A DNA stretch of 64,000 nucleotides from the NCBI RefSeq assembly GCF_009914755.1, contig NC_060946.1; one strand, written 5' to 3'. Below, piece after piece: positions 25,871 to 38,965 of the stretch (position 1 is its first letter; each line of letters opens with the position of its first letter). The notes under the pieces were generated by a model that was not told the origin of the DNA, did not search any database, and worked only from the letters and a program-made list of their open reading frames with translations. Made by a program: the position numbers and the translations under genes. The DNA comes from the human T2T-CHM13v2.0 reference genome, Homo sapiens.

Positions 25871-27090
25871 AAACATGGTGTCGTTTGGCTTCCTGCTCTC
25901 CAGACGCCCCGCCCGGGCCCCTTCACACACCGCCCGGCTCCTGTCTCGGGGCTGCCCATGTGCCAGGCACTCCAGCTGGTGCTGCCCTTGCATCATCTCC
26001 GGACTGTGTGCGCCAGGGTGCCGAGGTGCTGGAGACCCTCCCCACAACACACACTCCAGAAGTGAAGAAGGATCCGGCCTCATGCATGGTGGGATCCCAG
26101 TGCCCAGCCCAGCACTCTATTGGATGAAACGGAGGCACAGAGAGGTTAAGTGGCTTGTCCAAGGTCACACAGCCAGTAGGCAGCAGAGCCTGGGACTTCA
26201 ACCCAGTGTCTGCCCCCAGCCTGTGCCCAACCCATTCCTGGTCTCTTTTCTCTGCTTTCCCCTCCTTCTCCCCCTCCTCCTCCTCCCTCATCTTTGTCTC
26301 TATCTCTGTCTGTGTCTTCTCTTTATGCCTGTTGCTGCTTGCTTGGGCCTTTGAGTGGAAGCTTCCCCTGTCCCCTTCTTGGCAGTTGCAGAAACCTGTT
26401 CTGCTCACCCAAACAGAGAGGGGCCGCCATGAACCCTAATTGTTTGCTTGGAGTAATCAATTATTCTCCGTTTGTGTAGCCATGTGAGGATAATAAGCAG
26501 CCACCATCTGGGCGGCTCCAGGAGGCTGGCAGCGGGGGCAGGCGCAGGCGCAGCCACGTGAGCGATGCTGCACCCACGGAGGAAGTTTCTGCTCATGAGT
26601 CTGTGCTGTTTAGGAAGTTTCTGACATGGAAATCTCACTCCTGGGCTGTGTATCAGGACGCCCTGCTCTGCAACTAACCACCAGGGTGCCTGCCCTTGGG
26701 ACTCACCCGTCCCTCTCTGGCCTCCGTTTGCTGATCTCTGCGGTGGGCGGATGCCACCCTTGAGGCCACTCGAGCACAGATGGTCTGGGGGGCGCCAGCA
26801 GTTACTGAGCACCCCACCCCAAGTGCCTGGCCCATGCTGAGCTCTTTCAAGGAGGCCCTCAGTGCAGCCCTATGGAGGAGGAGGGTGAGGCTGCAAGGTC
26901 CTGAATGGTTTCAGTCCCTGAAGCCTGAGGCAGGGCAGGGTTCCGGAGAGCTTGCTAGGGGAGAGTGGTGCAAAGCCGGAGTCCGGAAGCCCCATGCCTT
27001 CTCCAGGCTGCAGAAGCTGCTGCTAGGCGTGGGGCAGTGAGGGGCTGGGACAGACCGCGTCATGGCCTCCTGTTGTCTCCCCCATACCAG

Positions 27091-27204
27091 GCTTCCTGGA
27101 CTGGGTCCCCAAGAAGATGCAGCGGGTGGGCTGTGTGGAGCTGCTCAACACGGTGCAGAGGCGCGTCCAGCCGCGGTTACATGTCTTTGGCCACATCCAC
27201 GAAG
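27091..27204 (+). CDS. MPPED1: MPPED1 penultimate coding exon, 114 bp: GFLDWVPKKMQRVGCVELLNTVQRRVQPRLHVFGHIHE(G)
   Basis: Acceptor ctcccccataccAG at 27090 and donor GTCAGT at 27205. Contains the GHxH metal-binding motif as GHIHE; the paralog MPPED2 has GGIHE here, which supports MPPED1. Confidence 0.96.
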
Positions 27205-28472
27205 GTCAGTACGTAGCGGAGACAGGCACCTCACGGGCTAGGGGCTCCTAATGGACCCTCCAGCAGGACCTCCCCTTCGTTCAGCCAGAAGGGAAATAAA
27301 TAGCCCATTCCTACTGTTCGCTTTGTAACTGCTAACTGCCATACACACCCTGGCTGTCAATGAGCTATTGCTAAATGTTTAATAATAGGAAGATGATCAC
27401 AACATCCTGCATGACTTAGGGGGTAAATTTTGCTTCCGGGGAGCCCTGCAACTCTGCTGTGCCTCCAGCCTGGGAAGCCGTCGGGAGGTGGGCAGGGGGT
27501 TTTCAGAGGAAGGGGCATTTGAGCCGTGACATGGAGGATGCATTATATTTGGTGGGCACACCATGAATCCCTTAAAACTGGTGGCCCTGTCTTGTTGCTT
27601 CTGTCCCCAGGGCCTGGCATACAATAGGTGCTTAATAAGTGTGGAGGGACTACCTGTGATGGTGAGGGTGATGTCAGCTCCGGTTCTATCATCCACATGG
27701 CCACGCCCTGGCCTGTTGCTGCGTGCAGGCGTTCCCTAGTAGACCTCAGCCATCCTCACCTGAGCCTCATTTCACCAGTTTGGCACAGATGCCTCTTTTT
27801 TTGCCCCTTTTGGATATTTATCCCACCTGCCCAAGGCCTCTCTGTCACATCCCTGCCAGGAAGCATATTGGCTGCTGTGGGATGTCTGGACTGACGTGGT
27901 TTCCCCCAGAGACATCTCCTGGCCTCCGGAACCTGTGTCTGGTTGGACCAGGGACCCCAGGCCTCCACATTGCCTGGTCCATATTAGATCGTTTTCCAGC
28001 TCAAAAGCAAGCAAGCCTCAAACCATTCATTCCCTGAGGGCCTCTGCAGCTCATTGTCAAGGGGAAGGAGTGATCAGACCTCACCTGGCCCTGGAGTAGC
28101 TCCTGGAGGAGCCCTAGGCACAGAGGAGTCATCAAAGCAGGATGTGAGAGGTCCTGGGAGAGATGGGCAGCTCACGTGCTGTGGGATAATAATAATAGCT
28201 GTCATTTTCTGTGGCCCTACTATGGGCATGTAGCTCCATCAGATCCAAAGTTGCCTTTGACCCAAACCACACCCCCACACAATTGGACAGGCACAATTGG
28301 ACTCCAAAGAATAGGTCCTCACCCACCCACTAACCACTCCCTTCCTCCCCCAGCACCACGCAGGGAAGGGGAAATGTTCCTTCTATCTTGGAGATGACCT
28401 GAGCTGAAGGATGAGGGGGATTCTACCAAATAGAGGTGGTGAGAAGAGGGTATGAGGGAGGCAGAGAAAGTA

Positions 28473-29673
28473 CATGACAATGATGATAATGATAGTGATG
28501 ATGGTGAGAGGATGGTAGTGATAGTAGTAATGATGATGATGGCCATGTTCACAGTGGTGTGGGTAGTGATGATGGTGATAGTAATAATGTCAATGATGAT
28601 GATGATGATACTGATGATGATGGTAGTGGTGACAATGGTGATAATGATAAACGCAATGGTGGTGATGATGATAATGGTGATGATGATGGTGATTGTGGTG
28701 ATGATGATAGTGCTGATACAATAATAATGAGGGTGATAATAATGACAGTGGTGTTGGTGGTGATGATCATGATGACATCAGTGATGGCATCATCAATGAT
28801 GACAATGATGATGATGATAGTGATGATGGTGGTATGCTGGTGATAACAGTGGCGATGATAATGATAAGGGTAGTGATGACGATCATGGTGACATTGGTGA
28901 TGACACCATTCTTGATGATGGTGGTGGTGGTGATGAATGATGGTGGTGGTGGTGATGAATGGTAATTATAAGGGTGGCAATGATGATGTTGGTAGTGATA
29001 GCAAAGATGATGGCATTGGTGATGATGACGTTGATGGTGATGGTGGCGGTATGTTGGTGACGTTGATGGCACTAGTGATGGTGGTGGTGAGAATGGCGAT
29101 GACAATGATAAAGGCAGTGATGATGATAGCATTGGTGATAATGATGGTGATGGTGGTGGTGATAATGATGATGATAATAGGAGCAGTGGTGATGATGTTG
29201 ATTGTGGTAGTGATGATGATGGCATTGGTTATGATGATGTTGATGGTGGTGATGGGGATGATGGTGGTGATGATTGTAGTGATGATAGATAGCATTAGTG
29301 AAGATGATGATGGTGGTGGTGGTGGTGATGATAAGGGCGGTGATGTTGTTCATGGTGATAGTGATGATGATGGCATTTTTGATGATGTTGGTGATGGCGA
29401 TGGTGGTGGTGATAAAGGTAGTGATGATGATGACGGTGATGGTAATGGTGGTGGAGGTAACAGTGAAGATGATGATAAGGGTGTTGGTGATGATGTTGAT
29501 CATGATAGTGATGATGATGACATTAGTGATGATTATGGTGGTAGTAGTGGTGAAAAATAGTGATGATCACGATAAGGGTGGTGGTGATGATGATGTTGAT
29601 AGTGATGATGGTGGTACAGTGGTGGTGGTGATGGTGACGAGGATGGTGGTGAAGATGATGTCGATGATGATGA
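28473..29673 (+). repeat. Highly degenerate (GAT/GGT/AAT)n array
   Basis: 3-nt periodicity with many substitutions; looks older than the other arrays. Confidence 0.95.
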
Positions 29674-29850
29674 CTCACTGCGTGCTTCTTATGTGCCAGG
29701 CACTGGGCCGAGCACAGTACATAGATAATTATCTCATATAATCCTCACAGCAGGCTTGGAAGTGGCATGTATCATTATCATCTCCATTTTACAGATGAAG
29801 GGACTGACCTCGAGAGTTTACCAGCTTGCCCCAAACACATTCAGCCCACA
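29674..29850 (-). mobile_element. MIR fragment abutting the fifth array
   Basis: gtgcttcttatgtgccaggcactg ... aatcctcacagc ... ctccattttacagatgaag. Confidence 0.82.
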
Positions 29851-29938
29851 GGGGCTGAGTGCCCTATGACTGCCACACCCCCCTGGCCACCCTCACTACT
29901 CTGGCTGCTGGCCTGATGGGCATGTGCTTACTTTCCAG

Positions 29939-30057
29939 GGTATGGTGTCATGGCAGATGGGACGACCACCTATGTGAATGCGTCCGTATGCACTGTGAAC
30001 TACCAGCCCGTGAACCCGCCCATAGTCATCGACCTCCCCACACCCCGGAACTCCTGA
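29939..30057 (+). CDS. MPPED1: MPPED1 terminal coding exon: GYGVMADGTTTYVNASVCTVNYQPVNPPIVIDLPTPRNS*
   Basis: Acceptor cttactttccAG at 29938. 119 bp = 2 + 39 codons, in phase with the previous exon. TGA at 30055-30057. Confidence 0.96.
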
Positions 30058-31254
30058 CTGCTCCCCACTGCCCCTGCCCTGCCCGCCCGTGTCAGCTCCA
30101 CAGGCCTGGCCCGGCCACTGTTCCTTCCATGCTGAGTTGCCTGGACGACCCATCTGGCTGCGGGGACTGGCCTAGCAGGCAGGTCAGGGCCTTGGAACGA
30201 CTCTTTAGCCTTCTGTCACCTGGAGTTGGGACCCTGCGCATCCCCATCAGGGGTTCTGTGCTCATTTACTTTTTCTGCGTGTACATCCTGCGTGTACCTC
30301 GTTAAAGGACCTACTAAGCTCATGGCCCTGTCATGTTTGGGAAATGACTAAATCTTCATTCTTCTCCCTTGGACGCCCTCCTGGTTTGGGAAGCTGCTGC
30401 TCTTGAATGGGTTTTGGAAGTTACACAAAATCTCCCTCTAACCACGGGTCTGTGTGGCGGCATGCCCCTGGGTTGGGGTGGGTGGGAGGATTCGTGAGCT
30501 GCACACAGACAGTCCCTTTCTCTCCTCCCAAGTGAGGGAGGAGACAGGCCCAAGGCGGAGGCCCTCCGAGGGAGCATTTAGGGACATCTCAGGAATTCAG
30601 ACCGCACCTGGCCAGGCCCACAGCTGTTTGCCTGGCATTGTTCCCCCCTTTTTCTTCCCATAGGCATTTTTGTTTACTTGAACAATGACCTGAGTGTCCT
30701 AGGCATTCACTCGGAGCCTGGATGATGGGGGCTGGTTCTACAGAATGAGCCACTGGCATTCGTGCCCAGGACCAGTGAGAGCGTTCCCAGTCATGGGGGG
30801 ATGACCCTTGGTCCCACGGGGAACACACTGCTCTGTAGAATGCGGTAGCCTGGATGGAGGGTCTGCAGGCTTAGGCTGCAGCAGGCCTGCCATGGGTGTG
30901 AACCCATGTCCAGGCACGCACCGACACACATGCACGCACGCACCCCTCTTAATTGAACCAAGTGGGTCCTGTGTTTCTCTTTTCTGCCCCGTAGTGAGGT
31001 TCTGTTCCTTGGTGCGGCTTCCCTTGCACCGTTAGGATTCTGTCTGGCATGCCTGCAGCCGAGGAAGCCCAGGACCAGCCGGCCCTGTGAATTGGAGGGT
31101 GGCACAGGGACCGAGCGGGCCCCAGGCTCCAGCAGCCCCACCTTGGACAGCTTCTTTTTCTTCTTTGAATTAGGACTGGAGGGGGTGGGGCCAGGGCGGT
31201 GGTGGGAACCGGTAGGGCCTAGATGAGGGGCAGGCAGTCAGGCAGAAATGGGCA

Positions 31255-31410
31255 AGTTCAGGGTCAGATTCTGTCGTTATTTAATATTTTGTTCATCATG
31301 GACTTTTTCTGCATTTATTTTGATTTTTAACGTTGCATTAAAGTAGTATTATTTGTCCTGATTGGTGACTTTTTTTGCACCCCTTTCCGTTGTACATCTG
31401 AGAGAAGGGT
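31255..31410. mobile_element. Ancient DNA-transposon relic (hAT-type, family uncertain) within the MPPED1 3' UTR, followed by a MIR at about 31460-31600
   Basis: AT-rich ttgttcatcatgga ... ttttgatttttaa ... gcattaaa segment resembles an old MER element; MIR core cccattttagagatgag ... gaggccagag. Confidence 0.4.
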
Positions 31411-32264
31411 GTCACTCCCTCACCCAGGTCCCAGCCCTGGGAACCAGCCTACCGTGAGCCCTTTTGCAGATATAGACTCATTTCATCCTCAGATGGTCCT
31501 TCAAGGTAGGTACTTTAGTCCCATTTTAGAGATGAGACGATTGAGGCCAGAGGGGTGTGGTAACTTGCCTGGGGGCTCACAGCACAAAAGGAGCCGAGGC
31601 AGGATCTGACCCTTGTTCTCTGGCCTCACTGCCCTCACTTTGCCATGACCCGAAGTTATGTCCCTACAAAGCAATGCATGGTCCAAGGCTCTTTTTATTG
31701 TATTTTTATTTTTAAGGGTCCTGTTCAAAACTGGTGTGAGCTCTGAGGAGTCCTGAACCCTGGGTGCAGCATCCTAGCATCCTGGGAGTCCTTTTCTGCC
31801 CACACTGAGCTGGGCTCCTCGAGGGGTGGGGCTGCTGTCCCTGGAAGCCTGGCAGCAGCACTGTATCGGGTTGGCTGAAGCTGAGCGCCGTGGGGTGCAG
31901 GGCTCCAGGAATCCCGTTTGGCTGAAGGGGTTCCTGTAGCCAGGGATGTTTATGAGGTCTCTCTGATGCCCCAGGCGCAGGACATGTGTGCGGGTGGAGA
32001 AAAGCAGGCCCTTTCAGTGCCAGCTCCACTCAATTTCTATGTGGACCAAGAACGATAAACTTAAAAAAATTTTTTTCCTAAGGTATCTTCAGAATATGGT
32101 GTATTTTTATGTGGAAAAGAAAAGTTATGAAGGCAGCTGTTACTTTAAGAGAAAATTCATTAAAAGTCCTCGAGGTATGAAGATGACGGCGTGCTTCTCA
32201 ATCATTTTGGCATAACTTGATTGTGGCTGTAATTTTTTTTTTTTTTTTGTCAAGCATGTCAGAC

Positions 32265-32270
32265 AATAAA
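32265..32270 (+). terminator. MPPED1 polyadenylation signal AATAAA (variant ATTAAA also at 32159-32164)
   Basis: Canonical hexamer after a U-rich tract at the end of the AU-rich UTR segment. Confidence 0.8.
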
Positions 32271-32696
32271 GTCTTTGTAAAAAGAGAAGTCCACGCGGCA
32301 CCTCTTCCTTCCACATCTCTGGCTGTTGTCTGGGACACATGGTGGCAGCGTGGTGTCCTCTTGCAGAATGCTGAGGCCTGGACAGAGCTTGGATGCCAAA
32401 GACCTCCTGTGTGGCAGCAGTCGGTGTCCCTCTGCTTGCTTTAACCTCCCCTGGGGTGGGGGGATCCCAGAGGTGGTGGTGTGGGCAGTTCTGGGTCCTC
32501 TTTTGTACAAATACTTGGCTGCCTGGTCTCCCAAAACAGAACACCTCCAGAGGCCTTAGCGCTGGACTCTTCCTGGAAATGGCATGTTCAGCCCAGCCCC
32601 TGTGAAACACAGGGTCCAGACATTGCCCAGGAGAAACACTGGCAGGTACAACGACCCTAGTCTGAAAGCCCCCAAGCTGCAAAAGTTCTGTCATTT

Positions 32697-34298
32697 TTAT
32701 CCATCTGTCCGTCCATCCCTCTATATACCATCCACCCCTCCTTCCAACATCCATCCATCCATCCATCCCCCATCCTTCCATCTATCCATCCCCCATCCCT
32801 CCATCTATCCATCCCCATCTATCCATCCATCCATCCATCCATCCATCCCCCATCCATCCATGCCCCATCTATCCATTCATCCATCCCCCCTCTGTCATCC
32901 ATCCATCCCCCATCTGTCCATCCATCCATCCTTCCATCTATCCATCCCCCATCCATCTATCCATCCATCTCCCATCCATCCATCCATCCATCTCCCATCC
33001 ATCCATCCCTCCCTCCACCCATCCATCCCCCATCTATCCATCCATCCCCCATCCATCCATCCCTCCCTCCATCCATCATCCATCCATCCCTCCCTCCATC
33101 TATCCATCATCCATGCATTCATCCATCCATCCCCCATCCTTCCATCCTTCCCTCCCTCCCTCTCTCTATCCATCCATCCCTCCATCTATTGATCCCCCAT
33201 CCATCCATCCCCATCTATCCCTCCATCCATTCCCCATCTATCATCCATCCATCCCCCATCCCTCCATCCATCCATCCCCCATCTATCCATCCATCCCCTC
33301 ATCCATCCATCCCCCATCTATCCATCCATCCATCATCCATCCCCCATCTATCATCCATCCATCCCCCATCCCTCCATCCCCATCTATCCATCCCTCCATC
33401 TATCCATCCCCCATCCATCCATCTATCCATCCATCCCCCATCCATCCATCCATCCATCCATCCTCCATCCATCCATCCGTCCCCCACCTATCCATCCATC
33501 CCCCATCCATCTATCCATCCCTCCCTCCACCCATCCCTCCCTCCATCCATTCGTCCTCCATCTATCCATCTAACCATCCATCCGCCATCCGTCCATCCCT
33601 CCCTCCCTCCGTCCATCATCCATCCATCCATCTCTCCCTCCATCCATCCATCCCCCATCCACCCATCCATCCCCCATCCATCCATCCATCCCTCCATCTA
33701 TCCATCCCCCATCCATCCATCCTCCATCTATCCGTCCATCCATTCCCCATCTATCATCCATCCATCCCCCAACTGTCCATCCATCCATCCCTCCATCTGT
33801 CCATCCCCCCATCCACCCATCTATCCATCCATCCCCCATCTACCCATCCATCCCCCATCCATCTATCCATCCCTCCATCCATCCATCCCTCCCTCCGTCC
33901 ATCCATACCCCAGCTATCCATCCATCCCCCATCCAGACATTTATCCATCCTTCATTCATCCTTCCATCCATCCATTCACCCCCATCTATCCATCCATCTC
34001 TCATCCATCTCTCCATCCTTTCGTTCATCCCCCCATCCATCATCCCTCTATTCACCCCCCATTCATCTATCCATCCCCCATCTATCCATCCATCTATCCC
34101 CCATCTATCATCCATCCATCCATCCCCCCCTTCATCCCTCCATCCCTCCATTTGCCCCATCCATCCACCCATTCCCTCATCCATCCATCCCTCCATCCCT
34201 CCATTCATCCACCATCCATCCCTTCCTCCTCCTTCCCTCCCTCTTTCCATCCATCCATCCATCCTTCATCCTTCCCTCCCTCCCATCCATCCATCCAA
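32697..34298 (+). repeat. Degenerate (CCAT/CCCT/CTAT)n tetranucleotide array, about 1.6 kb
   Basis: Continuous tcca/tccc/tcta units. Confidence 0.97.
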
Positions 34299-34560
34299 TC
34301 TACAAACACCACTGAGTACCTCCCATGGGTCTTGCTTGGGCTAGGGAAGTGGTGGCGGCGGCAATAGATTTAGGAGGTAGGATGGCAGTGAGGAATGGAT
34401 GTGGGGCATGGGGGAGGGACAGCCAAGGACGGCAGTGGAAGTTGGGTGCTGTCACGGAGAAGGGGCACAGGAGCAGGAAGAACAGGGCTGAGGAGGGACG
34501 TGGAGTGCTGTTTGGGACTCATGAGCTGGGGGAGACTTTGGGCTACACAGGGGAGGTGTT
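34299..34560 (-). mobile_element. Probable L2 3' end abutting the CCAT array
   Basis: caaacaccactgagtacctcccatg ... ctaggg resembles the antisense L2 terminus (caaatatttattgagcacctactatg); strongly diverged. Confidence 0.5.
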
Positions 34561-37500
34561 CAGAGGATAAACAGGCCTGCAGGAGAAACAGTGTCTCTGG
34601 AGCCAGATGTGGGTCATAAGCAAAGATGTGGGGCAGGGGAGACCTCCTAGGGAGGTGTGCAGGGCAGGGGGCAGCCTGGGGCAGATCACAATGTGCCACC
34701 TCTTCATTGCCCTCTCCTGTTCTCAGACCGGCCCCACCTGTCACCTGCCCCTCCAAGAGTCCCCTCCACCAGGGTCTCACAGGGGTGTACAACAGCCATC
34801 CCAGGCCCTGGCTTCCCATCCAGAGGCCACAAGGAACTAATCAGTTTAAGGACCCCAGCTGCTGCTCTTGGCCAGCATGCACCCCAGCAGGGCTCCTGAG
34901 CAGGGGCAGGGAAGCGACTCTGGCTGCTGCCACTAGTGGTGCTGTCACGTGGTAGGTGCCGCCTGAATGCATCAGGGTCCTGTTGGCCCAGCTGAGATGC
35001 AGCAGCAGCTGAGCTGCATGCTTATGCAGGATGTGTAGACAGCTCTGAATTTGTCCAGGGTACTGCACCAACAGTGAGGGCATCCTGCAGCAGAGGTGCC
35101 TGGTGTTGGAGCCTCAGCTCTTGGGGGTGCAGCACTCTGGGCTCACCCAGGCTTGCAGCCATCATTCCCCAGGCAGCCCCGAGGCACAGGAGACAGAGCA
35201 GCATGGGGCCTGAGACCGCTCTCCATTGCCAGTGGGAGTCCAGTGGCAAATGCAGCAGGCTGCTTCCCCTCCCTGCCTCCTCTCTGATGGTGCACCCACT
35301 CCCAGAGCCCCAGCCCCAGCCCCAGCAGCTCCGTCTTGCAATTTGCTTCCATGGAGTTGATCCTTGAACCTCCATGAGGACCAAATTCGTAGGACTTTTT
35401 CTTCTAGGAGACTCACTTCCCAGATTCCTGAATGAACTGGCGGAGGTGACAAGCCCTGTGGACAGGGGCTCCACCCAACTCTCCCCGGATGCCACCCACA
35501 ACTCCCACCTGGGCCTAAACCTGCCTGGCCAGCTGGGGGCCTTGTCACACAGACCTGAGAGGCTCTGCCCCACTTCCCATCGAAGGCACGACTGAAAAGG
35601 TCTCCACGATGTGGGGATTAGGCCTGGCATCTGGAAATTCTCGGTGCACTGTGGAAGGTTCATCTGACCCCAGAAGAAAAGCTGAACCCCTCAGGTCTTA
35701 TATATTGGGGCCCAGTAAGTGGCAGATGGGTCAGTCTTGGGGGCCCTGGTGAAGACCAAACTCAGCATACTGGAGGAAGCTTCCTGGCGGAAGAAGTGTG
35801 GCTGGGCCCTGAACAGCAGGAAGTCATGAAGGGGTTGGGATGCCCACCTCCGTGTGCCGGGCACTCAACGCATCTGTGTCGTTTAAGATCCACAGCAACC
35901 TGCAGGGCCAACCTACCTTCACAGAAGAGGGAGCTGAGGCTCGGAGGGGCCGCGGCTCGCCCACGGCTCAGTGAGTATCCGAGCTACCAGTGGAATATGT
36001 GGCTGCGGCCTGCAGCCTGTCCACTGCCAAGACCCAGGACTCATTTTCACATTCGTGGAGAGGAAGGGAGGGGCTGTTCTGAAGGTGGGTGGTGGGGATA
36101 TGAGGTTAGTTCCTCCAGAAGCATGTCCCAACACAGGGCTGCGTGTTTGTGATTCATTAAGGGCAAGTGCTCCAGAGGGAGGGACATGGGGAGCAGGCGA
36201 GGACAGGGAAAGAGTGAGGTTGGAATTCGTTTGGAATTCATGCTTCAACCTGATCCTCCGGGGTCATAGGATGTGAATTGCCCCACAGAGTTGGTCCACA
36301 CTGCTTCCTACCCACACCCCAGCCTTTTATATCCCTAAGGAAGTCAGGGATTGGCTGTAGGCCGTCCCTGAGCAGAGATGGGGGGTGTCTTACATCCCAG
36401 GCAAGGCAGCTTCTGCTCAGTCAAGGGCAACTTTCTCTAGAAGGAGGCAGAGGAGAGGCCTCCTAGCAGCTGGGGTCTGGGCAGACCAGAGCATCCACCA
36501 CTGTCCACCTCCTGCAGCCCCAGATCCGTGTGCTTCTCACACTTACTGCATCCAGGCTTCTCCAGTTCCCTGGTTGGTCAGAATTCCTGGGAAAACCTGG
36601 GTGGACGCTGTGCTGCTGCCATGGGTCCTGAGTCCGTAACCAACACTCCCTACCTTCCCCTCTACCTGGTCTGGATTCCCTCCCTCTGACCTAGCACTCA
36701 TGCTGGCCCAGGGGCTTAACTGGTAGGGTGACCCTCCCGTATCCCTAGGGGCCGAAAGCCCTGGTTACTGTCCCCTGATAGGCTGTGGTGTGTGCACCTG
36801 CCCACTTACCGCTGGAACTGGCTGTGGGAGCACCAGGAGATGCCCCAGCAGGCCCCCGAGTGCCAGGCACACATCTCCCTGTCCCTCATGTGGCAGTAGT
36901 CCTCTTTCCCGGTGATGGTCAAGGCCATCCCCCTGCCAGTGGGGGGGCTTTGTTCTTCGCTGCCTGTCTCCTGGCTCAGGAAGCCCAGGTGGGCCAGCTG
37001 ACACCAGAGCTTTCAGTTGAGATAGCCTTGATGGAAGCATGAACCTCTGGAATCCGGGGCCTATAGACTTACAGAGCCTGTGCTGCAAGGGACTAGAGGC
37101 ATAAATTCCCCACGTTGGTCACAGGGTGTGATGGTGGCCTGGGCCACCTCCCCCCAGCCCTTCGTTCCTAATTCCATCTTTCACAGACCCAGCAGCAGGT
37201 AAGGCCACTGCTAAAGGTATATGCTGCATCATAAGGCAGAGTGCCCATTTCCACAGGGGCCACCGTGGCGGAGCACCCGTCCCTGCCCAAAAGATAGTCA
37301 ACCAAAGTCAGCACAGCTTCCCAAGGGGCGTGCGGAGGTCAGGACCACTCTCAAGGTTGGCCTCCAACACATCTCCAATTCCTCTGTCCACCTGGCCCCC
37401 CTGAAAATGATGGTCACAGCAGGTGACAGTGCACCACCAAAAATTTAGCCAAGAAATAGTCCAGTTGTAGCTGCTGTGCCAAATATGGTGTGTGTACTCA

Positions 37501-37886
37501 GCAGATGAACAGTTTTAAATACGGGGCTGTGCGGCTGCTGATCTGATGAATGTGTTCTTTTCAAAGCCCATCAGGAAGGAGGAACAAAATGGGTTTGCAT
37601 CCCACTGGATGACCAGTGATAGACATGTGTGGCCTTGGCATGAAACTATGCGAAGTGTTTCACTCTCTGTCACAATGTGGTCCAAAGAGGCGGGTATTCT
37701 GGCCGTCCTGACACTGGCCCACAGGTTTGACGGCGTCACGTTAATCCGACGTGAGCAGTAAGACATGGTTGGGATGCTCTCCAGATACCTGGGTAAAACT
37801 CATGCACCCTAGAGAGTAGGAGATATCCACAAAGATGCAGGAGTTGGCCACATTGGTTCAAATTTTAGGGGTCTGGAGGCATGGGG

Positions 37887-38965
<1,079 letters not shown>

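Larger units (their letters stand above)
30058..32290 (+). other. MPPED1: MPPED1 3' UTR (about 2.2 kb; end approximate)
   Basis: Runs from the stop codon to a canonical AATAAA at 32265-32270, with an AU-rich distal segment. Cleavage site inferred. Confidence 0.8.

Noticed and set aside
32584-34367. 200-400 aa Pro/Ser/His/Ile-rich ORFs
   Set aside because: Translation of (CCAT)n; no coding features.
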